Shown: one piece after another, positions 9,346 to 17,480 of the stretch
How positions within the stretch are numbered: position 1 is the stretch's first letter
Layout of the letters: every line of letters begins with the position of its first letter
NCBI GenBank assembly: GCA_965214605.1
Contig: OZ243961.1
Coordinates: 1,103,008-1,167,007 of the forward strand
DNA length: 64,000 bases
From: an uncultured Candidatus Binatia bacterium
GTDB taxonomy: Bacteria; Desulfobacterota; Binatia; Bin18
Reading direction: 5' to 3'
Notes under the pieces: generated by a model
The model's database searches: none
What the model was told of the DNA's origin: nothing
What the model saw: only the letters and a program-made list of their open reading frames with translations
Program-made: the position numbers and the translations under genes

Positions 9346-10499
9346 ATGGCGGATCAGCTACAACATGATTTGCTGCCACGGGCGAGCCACGATGAGCTCG
9401 CACGACAAAACTTTGTGCAAAGTCTGAAATTACACCTGGCAACAAAAATCGCCCCGGGCAATGAGCTTGTTTATGAAAAGCGGGCCAAACCCCGCTTTCA
9501 ACAACAGACAGGACGTCCGCCCAAAGACCGCCACGAAGTTCGCCGGAGCATGCGAGACGAGCCGTATTATCAGGCCTGGGGCTCACTGCAACGGACCAGT
9601 CAGGAGATGATGTGGGAGGCGGTCGACTCAAGCGTTGCGCGCCAGCTGCCTGAGCTTGTTGTGCGTGCCAGTCACAACGCCAAGCCCCTGGGCTCCTTAC
9701 GTCTCGATCCGGATCTTGCCATCCCAACCTATCACACGGCAGTCGATATTCACTGCCAACCCGGCGGCTATCATACTGAGTGCGGTCCGCAGGATGATGT
9801 GGCGGCTGGAGCGCTCTACGATCGCGCCGTCCATATCTACGCCATGAGCCGTCTGGGGACATTGAATGACGAGATGGGACAGTCGGTCGTGGTGTATTTG
9901 CAGCACCGCTATCCGGATTGCCGACCCACCCGAATCCTTGACATGGGCTGCACGGTTGGCCACAGCACGCTCCCCTATGTCGATGCCTATCCAGCGGCCC
10001 AGGTTTTTGCCATTGACGTGGGCGCGCCGGTGCTCCGCTACGCTCATGCCCGGGCTGAAGCGCTGGGCAAATGTGTTCATTTTTCGCAGCAAAACGCTGA
10101 ACGGACCACGTTTGCCGAAGCATCGTTTGACCTCATTGTGTCGCATATTTTGCTACACGAAACGTCGAGCAAGGCGCTCCGTAACATCGTTCGAGAAAGC
10201 TATAGGCTGCTCACTCCGGGCGGTCTGATGATCCACCAGGAGGTCTCCCAGTATCACGGCTTAGACCCCTACCAAGCCTTCATCCTTGATTGGGACACGT
10301 ACAACAATAACGACCGTTCTGGGGGACTCTGCGTGACACAGATCTGACCGCGATTGCTGTTGAAGCCGGCTTTGCCAAAGAGCAGGTCGTTGAGACGATG
10401 ATTCCGAGCGCCTTCCAGGTCAAAGGGCGCGCCCGACGTCTCCAGGCCGGCGACTTTGGCGGCAGCGGACAATGGTTCATCTTTGCTGCTACCAAATAG
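9346..10499 (+). pseudogene. class I SAM-dependent methyltransferase interrupted by a 1-nt frameshift near 10312
   Basis: ILDMGCTVGHS (motif I) and LLTPGGLMIHQE. The reading frame ends ...WDTYNNNDRSGGLCVTQI* at 10347. A shifted frame from 10314 reads PFWGTLRDTDLTAIAVEAGFAKEQVVETMIPSAF...FIFAATK* up to TAG 10497-10499. Confidence 0.7.
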
Positions 10500-10523
10500 T
10501 ACCAGGCTGCGGGGAAAAGAACG

Positions 10524-10856
10524 ATGACACGGACAGCCAAGGGCCAGCGTCCAGCCTTTTTTGACGACCCGCAGATTGACAAGCTGTTAGCGATAATCAT
10601 GGCTCTGGCCGGAGAAGTGAGCGTACTGCGGGAGCGGCTCGATACGGTCGAAAGACTGCTCGAGGCCGAAGGCCTCGTATCTCGTCGCAATATTGAAACC
10701 TACCGAGCGGACGCCGCCGCGGCTGTGGAACGAGAACGCTGGCGGGGAGAATATCTGGAGCGGATTCTGCGGGTTCTCCACCAAGAGCGGGAGACGATAG
10801 CAGACAGCAAAACGCTCCCATCCCACGAACGGGCGGTTCGCACCGGAACTTTGTAA
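10524..10856 (+). CDS. hypothetical small protein (coiled-coil-like)
   Basis: 110-codon ORF starting at an ATG, with charged heptad-like sequence. No recognised domain. Confidence 0.5.
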   Translation: MTRTAKGQRPAFFDDPQIDKLLAIIMALAGEVSVLRERLDTVERLLEAEGLVSRRNIETYRADAAAAVERERWRGEYLERILRVLHQERETIADSKTLPSHERAVRTGTL

Positions 10857-11518
10857 GAGCCAAGAGCGCAGTTTTGGCCTTTAACTTTCAGGATTTTCCC
10901 AATGTCTTTGATTCTCGGTGTTGACCTTGTCGGCACGTCGGCACATACACAAAGGCCATTTTTCGGCATCTCGCCCATCCTGACAGAAGGATGTCATCGA
11001 CCGACATCAGCATCCAGAATCGAGGTAATGCGCTATTTTTCCTTGATTTTCGAATAGCGACGAGGCGTGCATTGTCGTCTCCGATGCGCTTCAACGCGCC
11101 TGAGTTTCAGTCCGGTCGCTTGCGGTATGCTACGGTTCCATCCCCACCTGAAACAGGAACATTTACAGTTGACCAGGCACGGCGTCAGGCGGCGCTCGCC
11201 ATCGCCCGCATCAAGTACGTCGCGGAGCACCTGCCCAACGTCGGGGTAACCTTCGACAAGTTTCCTGTCGTCGCCCACGCATCGGGGCGCTCGACAAAAC
11301 ACAGCGCATCGGGCAGCGCCTCAACCCGAACTCAAGGACATGCGGTGGACCCTGCTGGGGATCCCGGAAGCCTCGGTTCCGAACACAGTATTGCCTTCTG
11401 CAACCTTATCGACTATAGTAGCCGGCGACCCAGCGAACCTACGTTACCAACCCGCCATTCTTCGGGCAGCCAAGTTTCTGTGGCGGCAAGAATATCGTCG
11501 AGCGAGGGCGGCACACCC

Positions 11519-12067
11519 ATGCGAATACGCCACTACTCCATAACGAAACGCCTCGTCTTCGTTGGGCCGTTTCTGTATGTGCTCGTGCTGGCGACGGCAT
11601 CCCTCACGGGGCGGGGAGAAATCTACCCCTTCTTTGCCTGGGACTTGTTCGCGGGGGTGCCGGCGGGGTGGGTCATCCAGACGCCCGCCGTGGTGGCGCA
11701 TCCGATGGACGACTCCCGAAATTTAGGGGGGGGGGGGGGACGCTGGGTCATTCCGTCCCCCGACCCCCGGCATTTGAAGGTGCTGCGCGAGGTCCTGCAC
11801 GCGTGTGAGCGCCGCGCGGCCCCCGCGTGCCGGTCCGCCGTGGCCCGCCTGCTGCTCCCCCTCGTCGTTGACGGCGTGGGGAGCGGCGCCGTGGAGTTCA
11901 GTCTCGTCTGGGCGGCCGTCGATCTGCGCGCCCTCCGGGAGGACATCTGGGCGCTCGCCGCCGGCCGCACGCAGCGCATGGACTATGCCCGGGTCGCTAC
12001 GGTGCTCTCGCGGTGGCGCGCGGCCGCGGCCGGCGGCCTGCACCGGGTTGATGGGGGCACCCCGTGA
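11519..12067 (+). CDS. hypothetical membrane-anchored protein containing a G14-encoded Gly run
   Basis: ATG 11519. MRIRHYSITKRLVFVGPFLYVLVLATASL is a TM anchor, followed by EIYPFFAWDLF. The stop overlaps the next start as GTGA. The tracked 358-aa ORF (10991..) probably over-extends upstream. Confidence 0.5.
   Translation: MRIRHYSITKRLVFVGPFLYVLVLATASLTGRGEIYPFFAWDLFAGVPAGWVIQTPAVVAHPMDDSRNLGGGGGRWVIPSPDPRHLKVLREVLHACERRAAPACRSAVARLLLPLVVDGVGSGAVEFSLVWAAVDLRALREDIWALAAGRTQRMDYARVATVLSRWRAAAAGGLHRVDGGTP
11726..11739. repeat. homopolymeric G14 tract inside a coding sequence
   Basis: Counted directly: ...aatttag then 14 G then acgctgg. It encodes GGGGG in the current frame. Confidence 0.95.
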
Positions 12068-13416
12068 ACGCTGCGCGGCTGCAGGGCCGGCTCCGCAAGA
12101 CCCTCCTCCACGTGGAGACGGGGGAGCGGCGGCGCGCGGCCGACTTCTCGCGGGCCGCGCGCCACATCGCCGTGCTGGTCCGGTTCTATTACATCTTCGT
12201 CGCGTACCTCCTCTTCGGCCGGTTCAAGGTTGCGAATTTGCTCCACGGCATTCCCCCGCCCGCGCCGTTGTGGCCCCTGGACCTGATGGCGACAGTCGCG
12301 GGCTCCGCGTGGCTCGCGTGGGGCGAGCTCCTCACGGCGGCGGGCGTGGGGGTGGCGCTGCTGGCGGCGCTGTGTCCGGGCGTGCTGCTCTTCCGGCTTG
12401 GGGTCTTCGTCTATCTCTTCATCGGCATCGCGCTGGCCAACTCCTATGGCGCCATCAGCCATGGGCGCCATCTCTTCCTCTATGTCTCCTTCGGGTTGTT
12501 GTGGCTGCCGGCGGCCATCGGCCGCCCGGAGCGCATGGCGCGCCGGGAGGCGATGGCGTGCAACGCGGCCTTCTGGCTGACACAGGCACTGCTGCTGCTG
12601 CCCTACAGCCTCAGCGGCTTCTGGACACTCTGGCGCAGCAACCTCCAGTTGGTGTCCCTCGACTCCTTCGTCCGGCTGGTCCTCGCCGGCCTGCTCGAAC
12701 AGGCCGGCGGGCCCCTCCCGCCGCTGGTCCCGTGGCTCGCCCAGTACCCCTCGGTCGGCCAGGGCTTGTATCTGGCGTTTTGCTATGTGGAAGGGCTGCT
12801 GCTCGTCAGTCTGTTCCGCCCCCACTTGCAGCGAGGGTTCGGCCTGGTCGTCATCGGGTTCCATCTCGGGACGCGGTGGCTGCTCGGCTTTGCCGCCGCT
12901 CCCTACCTCGTGCTCTGGTTCCTCTTCCTGGTGGCTTCGCCGTTCGCCGCGGCCCGGTTCTCCCCGGTCGCCACGGCGCGCTCGCTGCCGCTCCTCGGCC
13001 TCCCCTTCCGCGCGTGGGCGCGCTGGAGGCGCCCGGAGAAAGGGGCGGAGAAGGCGTGGCTGGTGTATGATGGCGAGTGCCCGTTCTGTTCGCGTTACTC
13101 ACGCATGGTCGATGTGAGAGATGCCATCGGCGAACTCATACTCGTGAACGCCCGCGATGGGGGGCCGATCGTGGACGAGATCAAGGCCCTGCCTTGGGAT
13201 CTCAACAGGGGCATGGTACTGAAACTGAACGGACGATACCGGTTTGGCGACGAGGCCCTGCACACCTTGGCGCTCCTGTCGCGGAAGAATGGCGCATTCG
13301 GCATCCTGAACCGTCTCGTGCTCGGTTCGCGCGCGGTCGCATGGTTCGCATACCCGCTGTTGAAGCTCTGCAGGAGGCTGGCGCTGATGGCGAAAAGGGT
13401 TCCGGTCCTGAAGTAG
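12064..13416 (+). CDS. fusion protein: polytopic membrane domain (possibly HTTM-like, unverified) + C-terminal DCC1-like thiol-disulfide oxidoreductase (DUF393)
   Basis: About 330 aa with multiple hydrophobic spans. Then WLVYDGECPFCSRYSRMVD carries the DxxCxxC motif that defines the DCC family, and the rest of the C-terminal domain is DCC-like. Confidence 0.75.
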   Translation: MNAARLQGRLRKTLLHVETGERRRAADFSRAARHIAVLVRFYYIFVAYLLFGRFKVANLLHGIPPPAPLWPLDLMATVAGSAWLAWGELLTAAGVGVALLAALCPGVLLFRLGVFVYLFIGIALANSYGAISHGRHLFLYVSFGLLWLPAAIGRPERMARREAMACNAAFWLTQALLLLPYSLSGFWTLWRSNLQLVSLDSFVRLVLAGLLEQAGGPLPPLVPWLAQYPSVGQGLYLAFCYVEGLLLVSLFRPHLQRGFGLVVIGFHLGTRWLLGFAAAPYLVLWFLFLVASPFAAARFSPVATARSLPLLGLPFRAWARWRRPEKGAEKAWLVYDGECPFCSRYSRMVDVRDAIGELILVNARDGGPIVDEIKALPWDLNRGMVLKLNGRYRFGDEALHTLALLSRKNGAFGILNRLVLGSRAVAWFAYPLLKLCRRLALMAKRVPVLK

Positions 13417-14110
13417 GAAACTCTTCGTAACGTTCACCTTCGCGACGGGGATCACCGACGCTACTGCTTGATGACGAAACCTTCATCAAGCGGGGAGATG
13501 CAGCGAATGCTGGCGGAGGGCATTGCGTCCGAGGACCGGCGGATTGTCGATCTGACGGTGCTGGATCTAAACGTTCAGTCGCCGCAGCACGGTCCCGACC
13601 TTCGGTGGGTGCAGGCTCACCCGTGGAGCTCAACCCGCCCCATCGCCGAGGTCCGTGCCCTACAGCGAGTATTGATTTCATGTCACGCCCAGGTCCGATT
13701 TCGCCCGGAGGACGTTTGGGAATAACCTCGGGGCGGAATGAATGGTTGGTGAAAGCCATGGAGAATTATATTGAGATTGCGCCTTAGGTTCACGGTCGGT
13801 CCCCGTTGATGGCCGTGGGCCGTCACAAGCGGGAAGAGGCGCAGGAATGGTTGGCGGCGTGTTTCCGGTGTCCGGCGTATTCGCTAGGCTGGCGTCGGTC
13901 GGGGCGGGTCTGCAACCGTTCCGGATGATCGATGGGAGGGGGCAAAAGGACCTGACGCCGCCCTCAACCGGCGTCAAGCCGGTGAAAGAATCGTCATCGA
14001 GAACCGCCGTGCGCTCGACGACAACGCATGGCGGCGAGCGTTACCAGCCTCTTGCGGGACCTCAATTCGATTGTGTATGATGACACCGACACGGTCACCC
14101 GTACGGCCCG

Positions 14111-14143
14111 ACCGAACAGTCACCAGAATCGTAACTGTTCGGT
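14111..14143. promoter_or_regulatory. perfect 10-bp inverted repeat ACCGAACAGT-N13-ACTGTTCGGT about 140 nt upstream of the hydantoinase A gene
   Basis: Read directly from the sequence. It lies in the AT-richer non-coding DNA preceding ATG 14281. Operator-like symmetry; the binding factor is unknown. Confidence 0.3.
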
Positions 14144-14280
14144 GACCTGTATGTGGAGAACGCAGACATGCACAGTTACGATGTTGATCGAATCCGCTTG
14201 CGGAATGCTTACGCTAACGGAAGTTTGCAAATGTTACTAGAATTTTTGTTCTTTTAAAAGAATAATGAAAACAATCTGTT

Positions 14281-16341
14281 ATGAGCTTCACAGGATCCGA
14301 TTACCGCATCGGAGTTGACGTAGGCGGCACCTTTACAGACCTGCTACTTTTTGACCAACAAACCGGCCACCAGGTCAGGGCCAAGACCCCCTCGACTCCA
14401 GACGATCCGTCGGTCGGCGTGCTGGCAGGGATTGATAAGATCTGTCGGGCGGCCCAGATCCCTGCGGCCCAGATCACCCACATTATGCATGGCACGACCG
14501 TAGCAACCAACGCAGTCCTGGAAGGCAAGGGTGCCCGGGTCGGCCTGATTACAACCGAGGGGTTCAAGCAGATCCTGCACCTGGCCCGCTCGTGGACGCC
14601 GGGTCCGCTGGCAGGCTGGATTACTATGGAGAAGCCCGATCCGCCTGCCGCAATTGAGTACACCCGAGAGGCTAAGGAGCGGATCGACACCCACGGCAAT
14701 ATTGTCACCCCGCTCGACGAGGATGCGCTGCGAGACGCGCTAGACGACTTGGTCGGTCAAGCTATTGAAGCCCTCACCATCTCCCTGATTAACTCGTATA
14801 CCAATCAGATTCACGAAAAGCGGATTAAAGCCATTGCCCAGGAACTCTATCCCGATCTGCCGGTCACTGCTTCCTCTGAGGTTCTACCCGAGTTCCGTGA
14901 GTATGAGCGCACCCTGACCGCGGTGATGAACTCCTATGTCCGCCCTACCGTTTCGGTCTATTTACGGAATTTCGCCGATCAGTTGATTGATCACGGGCTA
15001 CGCGCAGAGGTGAATATCCTGCGCTCCGACGCGGGTCTGATGACCTTACGCATGGCCCAAGAACGGCCGGTGTACGCCGTCATGTCGGGTCCGGCCGGTG
15101 GGGTTGCAGGAGCGCTGTTTACCGCCACCACAGCCGGCTTTGGTAATATTCTCACCCTGGATATGGGCGGGACCTCAACCGACGTCGCGCTGTGTCAGAA
15201 CGGCACGCAGACTATCGCCCGCGAGACAACACTGGGCTATTTTCCAATCAAAGTTCCCTCGGTTGATGTACGCAGCATTGGGGCTGGGGGTGGCTCGATT
15301 GCCCATGTGCCGGAGATTACGAATGCTCTGCGGGTTGGTCCGCAGAGCGCAGGGGCAGAGCCGGGGCCGGCGTGTTACGGTCGGGGCGGAACCCAACCAA
15401 CGGTGACAGACGCTAATCTTGTGCTCGGCCATCTGCCCCCTCGACTGCTAGGCGGTGAGATGCGTCTGGACGAAGAGGCCGCGCACGCTGCGGTTGAGAG
15501 CGTAGGCCGCAAACTTGGTTTAGACGTCTATCGGGCCGCGCAGGGCATTGTGGATATTGTCAATGAGAACATACATGGCGCGTTACGCCTGGTCTCAGTG
15601 CAACGCGGCTATGACCCGCGCAATTTTGCACTCGTGGCTTTTGGTGGTGCAGGTCCCCTCCACGCCAACGCGGTGGCCAGCCTAATTGGCTCATTCCCTC
15701 TCATCATCCCCCCCGCACCCGGGATACTATGTGCCACCGGCGATGTGTGTTCCGACTACCGTGAAGAGTTCGCTCGGACCGTACTGCGGACCCTGGACCA
15801 GCTGCCGGCGGCTGAGGTTAAACAGTTGCTCCAGGAACTCGGCAGCGAGGCCGCCGGCTGGCTTGAGCGCGAGGGCATTCCCCGCTCCCAGCAGGACATA
15901 TTCTATAACGCCGACATGCGCTATTTCCGCCAAGGCTACGAGCTGCCGATCGTCATTACGCTCGAAGACTTACAGGCACAGGGGATCGGCATCCTAGCCG
16001 ACCGCTTCCACGCTTTGCACGAACAGTTGTACCGCTTTCGGCTCGACGCGGAGTGCGAAATCGTCAACCTGCGGGCCGTGGCTCTGGGTAAAGGGGCGCG
16101 CTTCAGCCTGAACGCAGCGGACCTCGACGGCCCGGACGCGGCCCATGCCCAAACCGACGAGCACCGGACTTATTTTGACGGCAATTTTCTGCCCACACCA
16201 ATCTATGATCGGTTCAAGCTCAGACCCGGTAACCGGCTCACCGGCCCAGCCATCGTTACTGAAATGGACTCGACCACCGTCGTCCTGCCGCACTGTACGG
16301 CTGAGGTCGATCGCTACGCCAATATTTTGGTTCGACCGTAG
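14281..16341 (+). CDS. hydantoinase A / oxoprolinase family protein (HyuA-like)
   Basis: YRIGVDVGGTFTDLLL N-terminus, LDMGGTSTDV, FGGAGPLHA. 686 aa. Confidence 0.9.
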   Translation: MSFTGSDYRIGVDVGGTFTDLLLFDQQTGHQVRAKTPSTPDDPSVGVLAGIDKICRAAQIPAAQITHIMHGTTVATNAVLEGKGARVGLITTEGFKQILHLARSWTPGPLAGWITMEKPDPPAAIEYTREAKERIDTHGNIVTPLDEDALRDALDDLVGQAIEALTISLINSYTNQIHEKRIKAIAQELYPDLPVTASSEVLPEFREYERTLTAVMNSYVRPTVSVYLRNFADQLIDHGLRAEVNILRSDAGLMTLRMAQERPVYAVMSGPAGGVAGALFTATTAGFGNILTLDMGGTSTDVALCQNGTQTIARETTLGYFPIKVPSVDVRSIGAGGGSIAHVPEITNALRVGPQSAGAEPGPACYGRGGTQPTVTDANLVLGHLPPRLLGGEMRLDEEAAHAAVESVGRKLGLDVYRAAQGIVDIVNENIHGALRLVSVQRGYDPRNFALVAFGGAGPLHANAVASLIGSFPLIIPPAPGILCATGDVCSDYREEFARTVLRTLDQLPAAEVKQLLQELGSEAAGWLEREGIPRSQQDIFYNADMRYFRQGYELPIVITLEDLQAQGIGILADRFHALHEQLYRFRLDAECEIVNLRAVALGKGARFSLNAADLDGPDAAHAQTDEHRTYFDGNFLPTPIYDRFKLRPGNRLTGPAIVTEMDSTTVVLPHCTAEVDRYANILVRP

Positions 16342-16704
16342 ACGTGGCGGGAGGAAAGCAAGCTAGAGCATGGATGAACAGTCCCTCGACCTTGCTCAAC
16401 GAGCAGTCATCGCCTTGGCAACGGTGCCAAAGCCTGAAAAGCCTGAGATGTCTCCCGGTGACTGAGTAGCCCTGAGAGTCGGCATGTCCCACGGTTTGCT
16501 CATTGTCTGGGGCTTCTGTAAGGTGCATACTAGAGAGTGGAGAATGACTAGACGTTCGCGCAACGCAAGAAAGAAAAGTAGGCACTCTATCCACCCGGTA
16601 TGACCTGCACGTGGTCGAGTTGACAGACAGCGAGTTCCAGAACCTTGACGACAACCTAGTGCAGCCCCTGCTCCTCTTCGGCATCAATTGCACCTGACAC
16701 ATCT

Positions 16705-17400
16705 ATGACAGTAGCCTCCCCCCTTCTCCCCGACCCAATAGCCAAGCTGGTCGCTGGCGCCTTAGCCTTCCGCCAGGACGAATACGGAGCTGGCAGCAGC
16801 CTCATGCCCCGTTTGGCCGCTGGCCAGCAGCCCCACGTCCTGATGATTGGATGCAGCGACTCGCGCGTTGATCCGGCCCTACTCTGCGGTACAAGGCCTG
16901 GCGATCTATTCGTTGTTCGCAATGTCGCTAACCTAGTGCCGGCCTATGACCAGCGCGACAGCCTGGGCCAGGGGGTGCGCGCAGCTCTCGAATATGGCGT
17001 GAAAGCGCTGAAGGTTTCACACATCGTCGTGCTCGGCCACTCCCACTGCGGCGGCATCCGGGTCCTGATTGATACAGCCCGAGGCAGAGCGCCTGCATTT
17101 GAATGTATCGGCCCATGGCTCAGCCTGGCCGGCGATGTCTGCGACCGAGTGTTGAAGCAGCTGGCCGCGGATTCCTCAAAACATGTGACCACAGAGCAGC
17201 TGCCAACCTACGCTCCGCTGGTCGAGCGCCAAGCCGTCCTGCACTCTCTTCACAACCTCCGCACTTATCCCTGGATCAGCACCAGAATCGCCAGCGAGAC
17301 ATTGAGCCTACACGGCTGGTGGTTTGATCTCGATTCCGGGCGGCTATGGACGACCCAAGCGCCGGCTTCGGACAAGCTCACCCTGCTTGAGGCCGAGTGA
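16705..17400 (+). CDS. beta-class carbonic anhydrase
   Basis: IGCSDSRV and GHSHCGG zinc-ligand motifs. 231 aa. Confidence 0.9.
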   Translation: MTVASPLLPDPIAKLVAGALAFRQDEYGAGSSLMPRLAAGQQPHVLMIGCSDSRVDPALLCGTRPGDLFVVRNVANLVPAYDQRDSLGQGVRAALEYGVKALKVSHIVVLGHSHCGGIRVLIDTARGRAPAFECIGPWLSLAGDVCDRVLKQLAADSSKHVTTEQLPTYAPLVERQAVLHSLHNLRTYPWISTRIASETLSLHGWWFDLDSGRLWTTQAPASDKLTLLEAE

Positions 17401-17480
17401 ATGAGTCCCTGGCCGTCGGCTTTTCTCTAAGCGCCCTATCTGGTAGCTGAAGGGGAGAGTTGGCAGAGAGGAGCACAACT

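Larger units (their letters stand above)
11519..13416. other. GC-rich compositional island core (two-gene module), flanked by gene-poor DNA at 10860-11518 and 13417-14280
   Basis: Hand counts of single 60-nt lines give 65-82 percent GC inside. Lines of neighbouring genes give 53-62 percent. Spurious long ORFs appear in several frames only here. Confidence 0.6.

Noticed and set aside
10991-11518. Upstream extension of the 358-aa ORF, and a possible integrase arm-domain relic (RLRYATVPSPPETGTFTVDQARRQAALAIARIK)
   Set aside because: The resemblance to P4-type integrase N-termini is vague and no catalytic-domain remnant follows. The region lacks coding-like composition, so I treat it as non-coding flank and start the gene at ATG 11519.
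11805-13070. Long ORFs of 421 aa (+, 11805-13070) and 293 aa (-, 11983-12864) overlapping the DCC-fusion gene
   Set aside because: Their Arg/Pro/Ala/Gly-rich, low-complexity translations are typical of off-frame ORFs in very GC-rich DNA. The frame 12064-13416 carries real TM segments and the DxxCxxC domain.
13466-13491. 9-bp hairpin (GCTTGATGA-cgaaacct-TCATCAAGC) about 50 nt after the DCC-fusion stop as an intrinsic terminator
   Set aside because: No U-tract follows on either strand and the stem is AT-rich and short. This is insufficient for a terminator call.
16370-16603. Two tiny ORFs between hyuA and the carbonic anhydrase gene: 31 aa (16370-16465, MDEQSLDLAQRAVIALATVPKPEKPEMSPGD, GGGAGGAAAG upstream) and a 19-aa highly basic peptide (16544-16603, MTRRSRNARKKSRHSIHPV)
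   Set aside because: They are too short to judge without conservation or expression data and match nothing I recognise. They are noted only as things to test if the 360-bp gap is examined for a small carboxylase-like subunit or leader peptide.
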